Shown here: positions 37,906 to 58,925 of the stretch, one piece after another
Numbering within the stretch: position 1 is the first letter of the stretch
Layout of the letters: every line of letters begins with the position of its first letter
Source of the DNA: the human T2T-CHM13v2.0 reference genome, Homo sapiens
Direction: 5' to 3' (one strand)
Assembly (NCBI RefSeq): GCF_009914755.1
Contig: NC_060933.1
DNA length: 64,000 nt
Notes under the pieces: generated by a model
Told to the model about the DNA's origin: nothing
Database searches by the model: none
The model's input: only the letters and a program-made list of their open reading frames with translations
Position numbers and translations under genes: made by a program

Positions 37906-39420
37906 GTAAGCTGGAGCGGGCTGCCCTGCATTTATTCCTGGGGGAGGTGGGCTGGCCCCTCATCCTTGCACACAGGACCCCTCAGCCCCACAGGACTAGG
38001 CTGTGGCCCTGTTTTGTCCAGAATGCCCTTCTTCCTGGAGAAGGCTTGGAGACAGGGACCCCCTGAGAGGTGGGGAGAGGCCCCTCCACCTGCCTCCCTG
38101 CCCCTGCGGGCCCCGTCACCCCTCGCCTGCAGCCCGGTCCTGGCCCTGCCCCTCTCTCTCCCCTCACTGCCCACGGGGCTCAGGCTGGTTCCCGTCCGCC
38201 GCTGCCCAGGCCCCGTCACTCCCGGGCCCCGCACACAATCAGCTCTTTGTGAGCAAGCCTTGCCTCTCCCCCTCCCCAGCAGAGCGTCTCAGGAGCCCCT
38301 GCGGAGAATGGACGTTTGTGTCACCGCAGTGGGGCAGGGGGGCAGAGTTTCTGCCCATTGAAACCCGGCAGCACGGGATGAAAAGAAAGCAGGGCCTGGG
38401 AGCCGGCGCGGGGAGAGGGGCAGCATAAAGGTCCCTCTGTTTGGGGCCCTGGCGCTTGGTTCCCAGCCAGCACCTCGAAAGGAGAGGAGCCGGGCACATA
38501 GGGGGCAGCGCAGACCCACCTTCCCTGCCAGGGGAGGCACTTAGGCGCAGGAGCCCTGGGCTGTCATGGAAAATATCCTGGAGGTTGCATTCCCCTCCAA
38601 AGTGTTTGCAGTGTGAGCATCCTCCCGGCTCCAGGGCAAAGAACTTGGCCAAGTGTTCCTCAAATCACTTCCAGTTGTCCTTAGGCTGGACATCTAGGGC
38701 TAATCATATTAATAAGAGCTGGCATTTGTTGGACGTCGGCCTGTGTGAAGCACTTCTCGTGCGGCGTGGCGAGCTCCCCACATCACCCCAATCGGCCTGG
38801 AGGAAGATGGCGCACTTGTTAATGTGCAGATGGAGAAACTCGGGCTTGGAGGGCGGGGTTGTTGGCATGGGGACACATAGCTCGCCTAGGGCAGAGTTGG
38901 GACTTGAACTCATGTCGGTCTGGCTCCAAAGCCCCTGCTCTCAACTGTTACGCTATGATGCTTTTTACATGAAGAAGAGAGAAGGGAAATAGTAAAAGAC
39001 ACTCCTGACCCCACCCCATCCCAGCCACCTGTAGGAGAGCTGTGAAAAAGACAGCAGTCTATTCCCTTCTGTCTGCATACCAGCGTGGCCACTCCCAGGG
39101 GTGGCTCTGGGAGGAGGCACGGGTCTCAGGGCTCTGGCACCCTTTCTACTTGTCTTCACTGGAATGTTGGGCCAGACAGGAAGTTACATCATTCACTCAT
39201 TTGTTCTCCAAATGCGCACCTGTACATGTGCCAGGACCATTCCAGGCCAGGGGCACCATGGTGAACGTAAAAGGCAGCTCCCACCCGGGAGCATGTGTTC
39301 TCGCTCGGGGGGCGGTGTGAGAGGTGGTGGGAGACTAAACAGAGAGCCGGGAAATACAAGGTTAGCAGACTGTGGTAGGTGCTTCAGTGAGAAATGAGGG
39401 AGGGAGGACAGGAGTGCTCA

Positions 39421-39925
<505 letters not shown>

Positions 39926-40364
39926 GAAAGGGTGGGGAGCCCTGAAGCCATGAGGAAGGGTGCTGAGAATACTTGGGAGAACATTCCAGGCAGAGGGGCA
40001 GCGAGCTGGAGCAGGCAGGGAGTGGGCGGGGGCAGCACAGCCTGCAGGAGGGCCTCGGCTTTCTCTGCTGGCTGCTTGTGGGGCAGGATGGACCATGAGG
40101 GCCCCACTCTGCCCGGGCAGGGGGTGACCTGCAGAGGCCCCACGGTCCGTTTGACACACTGCTCCCATCTGAACATACCAAGCCCACTGCTCCGACATCC
40201 TCCCTCACTGCTAGAAGTTTTCCTGGACTCCTTGATCAGGGAAGTATAACTCAGTCTGTGTGTGAGGTTTGGGGTGATGGTCTGTGTACCCCGGGAAACT
40301 GTATGTCCACTTTGTGGGCTAGGGCAGGCCTTTTTCCTGGTTTCAGAATCACAGGTCCCCTGAA

Positions 40365-40520
40365 TCAGTGGTTCCCACACCCGGTTGCCCATCAGAACTG
40401 CCTGGGACGCTAAAAAGCACACCCATGCCTGCCCCCACCCTGTCCTTCCACACCCATGAGCCAGAATCCTGGGGCAGGGAATCAGAGCTAGTCACTTTGC
40501 TACTAACTCAGATGCAGCTG
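40365..40520. mobile_element. MER5-like hAT-Charlie DNA transposon fragment
   Basis: cagtggttccca..catcagaa..cctggga..agaatcctggggc motif pattern. Confidence 0.5.
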
Positions 40521-40816
40521 GTCTGTGCTGCTGGGGACCCGGGAGAAAGCAGCTGCCCTCCTGGTAAGAGGGTCAGAGTGGCCCCCAGCCATCTTTCCCT
40601 CGTGGCACCTCTAGGAGAGTAGTCCAGGCAGGATGAGCTCTTTCCCCAGAGGCCATGGCTCAGCGGATGGGGGACTCAGGTCAAGACCCTTGGTAGGGTG
40701 CGGGAGGTGGTTCAGACTCCTGAGGACACGGTCATTTGCCCACAAGGGAGCCACTGGGTCCCCACAGGGAGACGCTGCTTCCAAACTAATGCTAGTTTTT
40801 GCTCTGTGATTTCCAG

Positions 40817-40858
40817 AGAAGTACATGGAGTTTGACCTGAACAATGAAGGCGAGATTG
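40817..40858 (+). CDS. AIF1L: AIF1L exon 4, E|KYMEFDLNNEGEI|D (EF-hand loop)
   Basis: tttccag| acceptor, |gtgagt donor; 42 nt; DxNxxGxID EF-hand pattern. Confidence 0.95.
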
Positions 40859-41394
40859 GTGAGTGAAGCCTTGAGTGTGTTTAGGGAGGAGGGTGTTAAG
40901 TGGGTAGAGGGCTTGAGGGACCCTCTGTGCGGGTGAGGGGCATGGGGCAGTCCGGAAGGCTGGTGAATATGTTGCGCCGAGCCAGCCCCAGCCCCTTGCC
41001 TTCTGCCCTGGCACCACTGCCCTCAGACTCCTCCAGACCCTTTGATCCCCTACTGCTTCCCTCCCCACCCACACCTCAGCCTCCCACCCCAGGTGCTACG
41101 GGGACTCAGGACAGAGGGTGCCACACCTGCCCAGGGCTGGAGACACTCAGGGTGGACAGGCCCTGGGCCTCCTGGCTGGCATTTCAGTGGCCCTGAAGTC
41201 TGTCTTTCCATTGTATGTCATTCGGCAGTTGACAAGTTGCTTTTATATACGTTGATTCTCTCCTTATTGCATCCTGCTGTGCAGCTACTGGCACTTACGT
41301 TCTGGTAGGAGACCATACCTGGACCTCACCCGCAAAGAAGTGGTTAAGGCTGGTTTAATTATCCCCATTTTACAGATGAGGAAAGCAAGACTCA

Positions 41395-42803
<1,409 letters not shown>

Positions 42804-43997
42804 TGATTTTTCTTTTGAAATATAGTTAATGGCTGCATTGTAGGAATGGATTCTAATTTGTTTAGCCGATGCCTTTGTGTGGACCATTTGGATGCCTTCC
42901 AATTTTAACTATTATTGATAATCCTGTAAAGAACCTCTTTGTACATGAGTGCTTGTTCACCTCCCTGGTTATTTCTGTAGAGGAAATCTCAGGAAGGGGA
43001 CACTGGGTCAAAGGCTTTTGAAGCATCTTGCCGAACTGCCCGAGAAAGGTCCTGCCAACTTCAGAGTCTGGCAGTGCGTGTGCAGCCCTTTCCCCCTTTC
43101 CTGGAGAAGGCTGCCCAGCTCTCTCTGAATGCGTGGACATCCTGGCACCTTTGGGCCTGGCCCCAGTCCCGCCCGCCTTGCCAGGAGGAGCATTGGCTGC
43201 GCCACGGCCCATGGCCCCTACCCCAGCCCTCTCCTGCCATCCTTAGATGACCCATTGTTCACTGGAGAACAATCCAAAGGAAATTGCCTCAGATCTTGGT
43301 GGGAGCTGGGCGGTCAGAGACAGCACCGCCTCGGGCTGGAGTGACATTCTGGGGCCTCCCTTGTTTTTCTTGAATTTTGTTCTTTTGTTGGTTTTCCTGC
43401 TCTGTGGGATATTTTTGGCATCCTCTCCCTTCCAGCCGGGGCAGAGCCCTAGGACAGCAGGACAGGAGTGGCACGTGGGGAGAAGCCACCTGCCACTCGG
43501 CACCCAGCAGAGTTACTTTCAATGCCTGACTTCCTGACCCTGCCACACTGGGCATAACTCCCCAGGCAGCAGGAGAGTGGGCACCCAGCCCACCCTAACT
43601 GCAGGAAATAGCAGAGCCCACAGTCATGGTGTGAAGAAAGTGCTCTGGGCCGGTGCTTCCTGCACAGAGATCCCTGAATGATCCCATCCACCCGTTCCAC
43701 CGTTGGTGGGAGCAGGGGTTCAGAGAGGTTAAGTAGTGTGCCCCAGATCCCAGAGCCAGGAATAGCAGAGCTCGATTCCAATGCAAGCCCGTCTGACTCT
43801 AGAAGCCCAGGTCACTAACCACTAGCCTATACGGCCTCCAAAGAGAGCAGGGAGGGCGTGATGGGCTCCTCCTCCCTAGAGAAGGAGTGCAGACGCCAAG
43901 TTTCTAGGCGTGGGGTGCCTGAGTGGAGCTTTCCCAGCTTCCCTGCTAAGCCCCAGCAGCCCATCTCCACTTAACAGATCTGCTTTTCCCCCGGCAG

Positions 43998-44160
43998 ACC
44001 TGATGTCTTTAAAGAGGATGATGGAGAAGCTTGGTGTCCCCAAGACCCACCTGGAGATGAAGAAGATGATCTCAGAGGTGACAGGAGGGGTCAGTGACAC
44101 TATATCCTACCGAGACTTTGTGAACATGATGCTGGGGAAACGGTCGGCTGTCCTCAAGTT
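43998..44160 (+). CDS. AIF1L: AIF1L exon 5, D|[53 protein letters not shown]|L
   Basis: ggcag| acceptor, |gtgagt donor; 163 nt; second (degenerate) EF-hand. Confidence 0.97.
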
Positions 44161-44329
44161 GTGAGTACCTCCTTCCTCCCTTGGGATCTCTGAAGGCAAA
44201 ATCATTCTGTGCAGAGAGGCCCCTGGCTCTGGGCACCCCAGCCATTCCCCACCTAGTAGGTAACTCATTGTGCGACCTGCTGGACAAGGTACTTACTTCT
44301 CCTGATCCTGATTTCCTTATCTGTCAATT

Positions 44330-45770
<1,441 letters not shown>

Positions 45771-46472
45771 AAATAACACTTACTTGGCTTTTATGAAATA
45801 AGATTCACTTTTTTAAAGTACGAATGTAAAATATACCTGTCTCATTTTACAAAGGAGCTTGTTGAGGCCCAAGGAGACTGAGTACCTGGCCCATGAGCCC
45901 ACGGTCCAATCTGGCCAGATCTTCTAGCACCCCACTTCCAGGGAGAAACGCCAAGGATCAGAGAGGTCAAGTGTCTTGCTTGAGCCACCCGGCTGGGAAG
46001 TAGCAGGGCTGGCATTTGAATCTAGGCAGTTGCCCTAGAGGTTATACGCTGAGCCCCTACCCTCTACTCCCCAGACACCACTCTCAGAGCAGTGGGCAGG
46101 TTTTTGAAGATCTTTGCGCAGAGGCGTGGCCCGGCCTGGCTCAGCCTCCTCCAGGCAGTGTGGTAAAGGGAAGGGTATGGCCTGGAAGTCAGAAGCCTGG
46201 AGTTGTACCCAGCCTCTGCCCTGGACCGCCTGTGTGGTTCTGAGGAGTCATATCACCACTTTGCGCCTCCATTTTCTCCTCTGTAAAATGGGACTAGCAG
46301 CCCCTTCCTTGGAGCTGCTGTCTTGGGCTTCTGCAAGGATCCCACTGGAGAACAGATTTAAATTCTGTTGAGGACCCTGCTGACATGAGGCTGGGATGAT
46401 CTTTCCCTGGATGAGGGAAGGATCCTAATCTTGTTTTTCTTTCTTTTTTTCTTTTCTCCATCTCCAAACCAG

Positions 46473-46560
46473 AGTCATGATGTTTGAAGGAAAAGCCAAC
46501 GAGAGCAGCCCCAAGCCAGTTGGCCCCCCTCCAGAGAGAGACATTGCTAGCCTGCCCTGA
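46473..46560 (+). CDS. AIF1L: AIF1L last coding exon, L|[28 protein letters not shown]
   Basis: Long pyrimidine tract plus accag| acceptor; TGA at 46558-46560. Confidence 0.95.
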
Positions 46561-49363
46561 GGACCCCGCCTGGACTCCCCAGCCTTCCCACCCCATACCT
46601 CCCTCCCGATCTTGCTGCCCTTCTTGACACACTGTGATCTCTCTCTCTCTCATTTGTTTGGTCATTGAGGGTTTGTTTGTGTTTTCATCAATGTCTTTGT
46701 AAAGCACAAATTATCTGCCTTAAAGGGGCTCTGGGTCGGGGAATCCTGAGCCTTGGGTCCCCTCCCTCTCTTCTTCCCTCCTTCCCCGCTCCCTGTGCAG
46801 AAGGGCTGATATCAAACCAAAAACTAGAGGGGGCAGGGCCAGGGCAGGGAGGCTTCCAGCCTGTGTTCCCCTCACTTGGAGGAACCAGCACTCTCCATCC
46901 TTTCAGAAAGTCTCCAAGCCAAGTTCAGGCTCACTGACCTGGCTCTGACGAGGACCCCAGGCCACTCTGAGAAGACCTTGGAGTAGGGACAAGGCTGCAG
47001 GGCCTCTTTCGGGTTTCCTTGGACAGTGCCATGGTTCCAGTGCTCTGGTGTCACCCAGGACACAGCCACTCGGGGCCCCGCTGCCCCAGCTGATCCCCAC
47101 TCATTCCACACCTCTTCTCATCCTCAGTGATGTGAAGGTGGGAAGGAAAGGAGCTTGGCATTGGGAGCCCTTCAAGAAGGTACCAGAAGGAACCCTCCAG
47201 TCCTGCTCTCTGGCCACACCTGTGCAGGCAGCTGAGAGGCAGCGTGCAGCCCTACTGTCCCTTACTGGGGCAGCAGAGGGCTTCGGAGGCAGAAGTGAGG
47301 CCTGGGGTTTGGGGGGAAAGGTCAGCTCAGTGCTGTTCCACCTTTTAGGGAGGATACTGAGGGGACCAGGATGGGAGAATGAGGAGTAAAATGCTCACGG
47401 CAAAGTCAGCAGCACTGGTAAGCCAAGACTGAGAAATACAAGGTTGCTTGTCTGACCCCAATCTGCTTGAAACCTGACTCTGCTTCTCTCATTTGTCTTC
47501 CTACCCTACTCACATAATTCACTCATTGACTCACTCATTCACCAGATATTTATTGACCTGCTATTATAAGCTTTACATCCTCCCATGTTGTCCTGGCATG
47601 TGCAGTATACACGGTCTAACTCATCTCTCCCCAGATCTCTCAGAACCTTGAGCTTGGGAATTGAACTGGGGTCACCTGTGTCCTTTCTTATGGACTCGCA
47701 GGATTTTAGAACCCTAATGCACCCTGGAGGGTAGCTGGGCCAGACTTCTCATTTCACAGGTGAGGAGACTGGTGCCCCACAGGGATTAAGTGCCTTGCCC
47801 AAGGTCAGGCTTATCTCCAGAGGGAGGTGCCCTGGACTGGGGCCCAGATGTTCAGGGACCCTGCCTACACCTCATTTCCAGTGTGGGCTGCCTTAGTTAG
47901 TTATGAGAACAGGGAAGGGCTGGGAAGAGACAGCCTCCAAGGTCAACACTTGGAGAGGGTTTCACTTGCTCTGAAGACCCTGGTCCAGGATTCGCCCTCT
48001 CCCATGCCTTCAAGTCAGCATCAGGCTTAGGGCAAAGACCAGGCCTCTGAAGCTGCCTCTTGTAATTCATGCAGGAAGATGTCAAAGTCAGCCCCATCTT
48101 GGCTGATCAGGGTGTTCAGCCTTAACCCCACCTGTGTTCTGAAGTCTCTTACCCTACCTGCTCAGGACTGAGACAGTTATTCACTGAACATATTTATTAA
48201 GCACTTGCTGTAGGCCAACAGTTAAGAATCCAATAATGAAATGGACAGATTCATGGAACTTAGAGTCCAATAGGAAAGTGAGACCCAGACAATGACAATG
48301 AGATAAATGTTAGGAAGGGGGAGGTATGGGGTGACTTCCCTGCAGTCCTGGGGGCCTAGATGGGCCCAAGACTGGGTGAGAGTCTTGGCAGAGCCTTTGC
48401 AACACCTTAAGTGGACAGGACTGGGAGGTCTTGGTGGTTGGAGCCAACGTGGGTTCCCTGCGGCTCCTTAGTCACCTCTGATAGCAGATTGAGGGAGGAA
48501 AACAGGTAAGGCATGAGGAAATGGCCAGGTTGGGTTAACCCACTGGTTTCAACCAGTTCAGGAATGAGGTTATTTGGCCATGACTGGCTGATCTTGAGCT
48601 CAAGGATCTGCTTCAAATGCACACAGGCCTAGTTGAAGTTTAAACCCCAGCAAAACATTCCTCCCTGTAAATGGAAAATCCTACTTCTACCCCCACCCTG
48701 CCCTGTTTTTTGTTTTTTTTTTCCCCAAGATCATTAGATGTCCTCACCCCTCCTCACTGCCTCTCCTCTCTGGGACAGGCTGGGACCTTTGAGGAAGATA
48801 AAGCCTTCCTTGACTACCCATCATATTCAGTGTCCCTGTTCCTCACTCAGAGAGGAAGGCAGAACCAGTCAGGCTTATTTCAGTAAGTTCCACAGTTCTA
48901 CAAGACTGCAGGAATTCTCCTTAAGGGAGGAGAGCAAGCAGGTGTGGCCCCAGCTTCTGGAAATGGCAGAAGAGAGGGTTTTCTCATTGAATGGGGGTGG
49001 GGGCTCGTGTGTCCTGGGAAACCCCATCAGTCCCTTCATTTCTTGAGACTCAACTCCTGGGAGGAGAGGGTCTCAAGAGTTGTCCCTGGAAGGAGGGCGG
49101 GGGCAGTCTGCATCTATTTCAGGTTGTGGCTCTTGGTTCTAGGACTCTTACTTCTCTGGCTAAGGGCTCAGCTTCTTGGGACTTCAACCATCTTCTTTCT
49201 GAAAGACCAAATCTAATGTAACCAGTAACGTGAGGACTGCCAAGTATGGCTTTGTCCCTATGACTCAGAGGAGGGTTTGTCGGGCAAATTCAGGTGGATG
49301 AAGTATGTGTGTGCGTGTGCATGGGAGTGTGCGTGGACTGGGATATCATCTCTACAGCCTGCA

Positions 49364-49369
49364 AATAAA
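49364..49369 (+). terminator. AIF1L: AIF1L polyadenylation signal AATAAA (3'UTR about 46561-49390)
   Basis: Canonical hexamer followed by a GT/T-rich downstream element (ttgattggtgtattttgg). Confidence 0.8.
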
Positions 49370-49668
49370 CCAGACAAACTTACCAACGTCTTGATTGGTG
49401 TATTTTGGGGCTGGTTCTGGGCTCAGCAAATTGCGAACTAGCTAATATAGTAAGAGATTAAATGAGCATGTCCTGTGCCTTTTGTCTGAGACAGCTGAAA
49501 TTCACTTATCCTAACCACCTCCCTGCAAGAGACAGGTTCTATTATGTCATCCTTGTTTCACAACTGAAAAGTAGGCTTGAATAAGCAATGTGCTGCAAGC
49601 CAAACAGTAAATGGCACAATCCGACCCCCCTGGAGCCAACCCATGAGGTCCAAGTTAAGAACCTCTGT

Positions 49669-51165
<1,497 letters not shown>

Positions 51166-51589
51166 TCATCAATTAAATAAATAACCCCTAGGACGACTAA
51201 GATGTCTTCAAGATTACATGAGATCCCACATCTGAAGGTTTTTGCAAAGGACTTGGCACAAACTCGTGCGACTAGACATGGATATGGCTCTTGCTCTGGA
51301 AAGGATCACCTTGATAGGAGCAAACAAAGCTGGTCTTCGGTGCCCTTTAATCTCCCCTCCCAGCCTTCCACCTTCCACACTTTAAGAGTCGTCCCTGCCG
51401 ACCCCCCGACCCCGTTTTTCTGAACCTCCCTTCCTCCCCTTGCATAGTCCAAAGCCTCTCTCTAAAGCAGCCCCCCGAAAACATCTGTCAAGTTCCAAAC
51501 TTATCTGAATCGGAAGCTACCAATAGCCAACCTACATCTAAGGGGAACTGTAAGATTTCAGAAGAACAAGAAGCATAGGTCGCTTAGGC

Positions 51590-52200
51590 GTGGGCCACCC
51601 AAGAAGAGAGACTTAACACTAGGTAAGCCCGCGCTGGCTGCGAAGGCGGGAGCGGCACCAGGACCATCCAGGGCGCAGGCGCAGGGACCTCACGGCCACG
51701 CCACTACTCAGCCCGAGCTGGCCAATGGGGAGCGGCGGCCGGAAGAACGCGCGGCTTCGCTAGGTTCCGCGGCTTCCTCTGACCAAGCTTGACGTCACCA
51801 AAGCGCGCCGGAAATGCGAGGTCAACTGCGCGCCGCTGGCGCTGAGGGGAGGAAGTTTGCTGTCGAGCGGCCTGGGTTCCGTGGGCAAGGCCGTGGGAGG
51901 CAGCGTTGGCTGCTTCGACACACTGAGGGCGGCGCGATGGGAGACGAGATGGATGCCATGATTCCCGAGCGGGAGATGAAGGTCAGAGACTAACCGGGGC
52001 CTCCCTCCCTTCTTTAGTCCTGGCGTTGCCTTGGAGCCCAGCTGAAAGGCGAAGCGCGGTGCTGGCTGTCCCGCCTCCTGCTTGAACAGTTTACCGCGTT
52101 CACAGCTCTCACCAGCGCGTCTGCCGCGCCGCTGGCGTGATAGCCCCACCGAATGCAGTTTCCCAGTCCCATCCTGGTCTCGTGCACGGCTGTTGAGTTA
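51590..52200. promoter_or_regulatory. NUP214: CpG island / TATA-less housekeeping promoter of NUP214: NRF1-like GCGCAGGCGCA (51673), CCAAT (51722), ETS CCGGAA (51739, 51808), full CRE TGACGTCA (51790-51797)
   Basis: Motifs read directly from the sequence; CpG-rich region around exon 1. Confidence 0.85.
51937..51981 (+). CDS. NUP214: Nucleoporin 214 (CAN) coding exon 1, MGDEMDAMIPEREMK
   Basis: gcgATGg strong Kozak, AAG|gtcaga donor; recognised N-terminus. Confidence 0.97.
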
Positions 52201-52774
52201 CCCTAGCTACTTCCTGGGGCGGTCACAATAGTGGCAATAACTGCTGTTTATTGAGTGTTGACTGTGTGCCAGGCACTGTGGTAGTCATCGCGGCAGCCCT
52301 ACGAAGTAGTCGTTAACGTAGAGGAGTAAGTTGAGGCTCGGAAAGTAATTTCCCTAAAGTCACATTTGACGCGGGGCTGAAAGCCAGCATCATTTAAGAC
52401 CTTTGCTCTCCCAGTACTTCTGTAAGGTGATACGGGCTTGCCTAACGTAGAGTCAGGGAAGGTCATCCATCCTGCAGAACCTTTAGTTGATTGGACTAGG
52501 AAGACTATTTTGACCTCGGTATATCAGCCTAAAGTCAGGAACCTAAAGGGAGGGCCAAGTGGTCCCAGTGATAGCAACGTGGGAGTCCCCCAGGGATAAC
52601 TTCAGGATGGTGTGTTTAATAGTTCTTATATGGGTTCTGACAGAATGAGGCTACAACAGACGGGCTACATCTGTTTTAAATAGTGAAAAGAAGTAAGTTG
52701 CAGGAAGATTTTAGGCATCTGTGTGAACAATAAATCACTAAAATGCATTTAGGGCATAGTAATACCATGTTTAG

Positions 52775-53706
<932 letters not shown>

Positions 53707-53731
53707 TTAATTTCTTTCTTTATTGAATTGA

Positions 53732-54043
<312 letters not shown>

Positions 54044-54523
54044 TGAACACTGCTGTCAGTTTGAAGGTTGACTCCCAAGAAGATTAATGGAAGCCTTTCT
54101 AGGTTTTTTCCTTGGTCCTTTGTATTTCTCCTTACATGAGTTGTTCCTCTCAGCTCAACAGGGAAGAACTTAACCATTATGCCATGCTTTTATTTTTGCT
54201 CAGTTGAACTTGGGCTCTGGCTCTCTGGGTGAAGGGTTTTATTGGCATGGGTTTTCAGTTGGCACAACAGTATGATCCAAACTATTGGCAAGGTGTACTA
54301 TTTAGAGCATTGTTGCAAAAATATTTTCAACAAGGGCAGCAGCCACAGTTAGTTTCCCCAGATTGTATGAGGAAGAATTCCAGGGATACTTAATCCATCA
54401 TTATATATCTTTAAGAAAGTTAAGATTTATCTGTATAACTAGGTATTGGGGTGTATGTGTGTTTATGTAGATGCAAAAATTTTTTCACATCGAACTGGAT
54501 AGAGGTTGTGGCTTTATGCTTAG

Positions 54524-54745
<222 letters not shown>

Positions 54746-55507
54746 TGAGAACCCTAAGCAGATTTCCTTGTATTGAATTACAACTTGGAAGCTTCATAGG
54801 TTAACCCTTGAAGTTTCTCTCTAGATTAAAATATGGGTTAAAAAAAAATCCTTAATTATAGAATCATAGATCTTTGAGACAGAAGGGACTTCAAGAAATT
54901 CTTTCATAACGCCATCTGCCCTAAGTTGTTATCAGGAGGCTTAGGTGACTTGCCCAAAGTCATAGATGAATACATAATGTCAAAAGTTCCTACATTTTGG
55001 ATGTTCTTCCATTCCAAGCAGTTTAAGAATGATAATAATAGTGAGTGTTTATACTGACTGTGTGTGTTAGACTCTGTACTAAGTGCTTTATATGCCTTGT
55101 CCCTCGTTCATGCCTACCACAGCCTTATGTAGTAGGTACTATTATCTTCATTTTATAGGTAGAGAAACAGGCTCAGAGTTTAAGTAACTGTCCAAGGTCC
55201 CAACATTATTAAGAAGCAGAGCCAAGATTTTAATCTATTGTCTGCTATTTATTGGTTATTTTGCAATTGTGCATTCCCCTTCTGAGAGTCCCCCTAAGCA
55301 TGTTAGAATAATTGATTGCCATTTTCAAAGTTGTGTTGAAATTGTCTATAGCAAATAGATTGATGCATAAAACAATCTTTTTTTATGGTTATGGAGAAAA
55401 ATAAACTGATTTGAGATACCTTGTGTATTCAGTAATTTCCATTGAATATTAAATGTTTCTGCATTTACTATTTGTTAACTTATTTCACTTTTGCATATTT
55501 GTTTTAA

Positions 55508-55714
<207 letters not shown>

Positions 55715-56199
55715 TAATAAAGGCTTTCACACTGTAGCATACAATCATGGTCATCTACTTAAGAATTGATTTCTAGAAGTGAAAGTGGATAGCTTTTTGT
55801 GTTTTGGTTTTTTTTTTCATGACGAGGGAGGTTAAGGATGGAAGGTATTCTTTTTTGAGACAGTCTCACTGTGTCGCCCAGGCTGGAGTACAGTGGCATC
55901 ATCTCAGCCACTGCAACCTCCACCTCCTGGGTTCAAGCAATTCTCGTGCCTCGGCCACCCAAATAGCTGGGATTATAGACATGCGCCACCATGCCCAGCT
56001 AATTTTTGTATTTTTTGTAGAGACAAGGTTTCACCATGTTGGCCAGGCTGGTCTTGAACTCCTGACCTCAAGTGATCTGCCCTCCTCCACCCCGCATATG
56101 CTAGGATTACAGGTGTGAGGCACTGTGCCCGGCTGAGAGTATTCTTTATACCCATAGTTAATGTCCTTGAAGCCAAACAGCATACATAATTTAACCTGA

Positions 56200-56596
<397 letters not shown>

Positions 56597-56982
56597 TGAA
56601 CTTCTGACCTCAAGTGATCCGTCCGTCTCATCCTCCCAAAGTGCTGGGATTACAGGCATGAGCCACTGTGCCCGGCCAGTGATTTCTTGGTATTTGGAAA
56701 CCTTCTCTGTTCTCCTTGTCTTATGTAAAGACTACAGAGTTTTCTGTATTTTGCAGCTTTCTGGGCAGTAATCTATTGAAAAAGCATTTTTAGCTTTCAA
56801 TTCAATAGCCCAGTGATAAATCAATTGGCTTATATCGTTAAAATGATTTTACTTTTTTCCACTTTGCCTGATAGAGATGATCCTACAATCTTCCATGGAC
56901 TGACAGAGGAATGAGAATTGATAATTAGCTGTGTGTGATAGATCTTATTGGTTTGCTCCATTTTCTTGTTTTCATTTGGTAA

Positions 56983-57102
<120 letters not shown>

Positions 57103-58258
57103 TAAGTTGCCCACTTTTTTGGGGGTGGTTTGGGAGTATCTTTCTTGTTTTTCCTATTAAAAAGTAATTTATACTCATTGTAACAAATCCATCAGTGAAT
57201 GAAGAGTGGAACTCTTCCCTTTCCCATAGTCCTTCTTCCAGAGGCACCCACTATGTTGTGTTGAGTAGATAGCCTTCCATACTTTTCTGGATGTTATACA
57301 AATAGTCTATGGGTAGCTGCTTTTTTTTTGTTGTTGTTTTTATGTAAAATGTGATCATACGCTATGCGCTGTTCCCCACCTTTTTCAGTCCATTCCATAA
57401 AAACAGCTCAAGGGAAAAGAGTTAGTGAAAAAACTATGATGATAATGCAGAATCACTCTGGGTTAAAGCACAGTATTTGTCTTTTAACTGAGTCTGTCTT
57501 TAAAGGTCTGTTTGTCTAACTATGGGCACCAAAGAAAATGGATACTCTTGTTGCATGTGCACTCTGTCATCCTCCCTGTGAATTTCTTGAAATAATGTTC
57601 ACAAATATCCTTCAATATCAATTGAGTTGCAAGGAACCCCCATATGTCTATTGAGCCTGGACACGAAGGAGGGATTCACAGGTGGTGCTAAGGCCTTTCT
57701 TGTGCCTTCCTCCTCAAGACTGTTCTCTGGCGAGGAGGGGAGCAGAGTGGTGAATGTAGGTGGTATAGGTTTAAGGTTAAGGTTATGTTTCTTATTTGTT
57801 ATTACCAAAAGTTACCTGAAATTTGGTACATAATCTTTTAGGACACTAACCTGTAAAAAGATAATGCAATTTTTTAAATTTTCTTGCTTTGCTGTTTGCC
57901 TTAATTTTTTATTTATTTATTATTATTTTTTTTTGAGAGATGGTCTTGCTCTGTTGCCCAGGCTGGGGTGCAATGGTGTGATAACGTAATGGTTCACTGC
58001 AGCCTCAGCCTCCTGGGCTCAGGTGATCCTTCCACTTCAGCCTCCCGGGTAGCTGAGACTACAGGCACTTGCCACCATGCACAGCTAATTTTTGTATTTT
58101 TTGTAGAGATAGGGTTTTGCCATGTTGCCCAGGCTGGTCTCAAACTCCTGGGCTCAAGCAGTGTGCCCACCTTGGCCTTCCAAAGTGCTGGGATTACAGA
58201 CATGAGCCACCTCGCCCAGCCTTATTCCACTATTGATGATTGTCTGCATCAGTGCTAG

Positions 58259-58669
<411 letters not shown>

Positions 58670-58754
58670 TGAAGTCCTGGAAGTAGATAGCACTATTCTG
58701 TTTCTTCAGTCTCTCCCGGCCAAGGAGATGGAACAGGTAGCATCTAAGGAATAG

Positions 58755-58925
<171 letters not shown>

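Noticed and set aside
43965-43977. ccacttaacag upstream of AIF1L exon 5 (U12-like branch site or alternative acceptor)
   Set aside because: The intron donor is U2-type GTGAGT. The motif is best read as the ordinary branch point, and its AG would frameshift (+20 nt).
51620-51628. Donor-like AG|gtaagc upstream of the NUP214 promoter
   Set aside because: No convincing upstream acceptor or TSS can be supported from the sequence alone.
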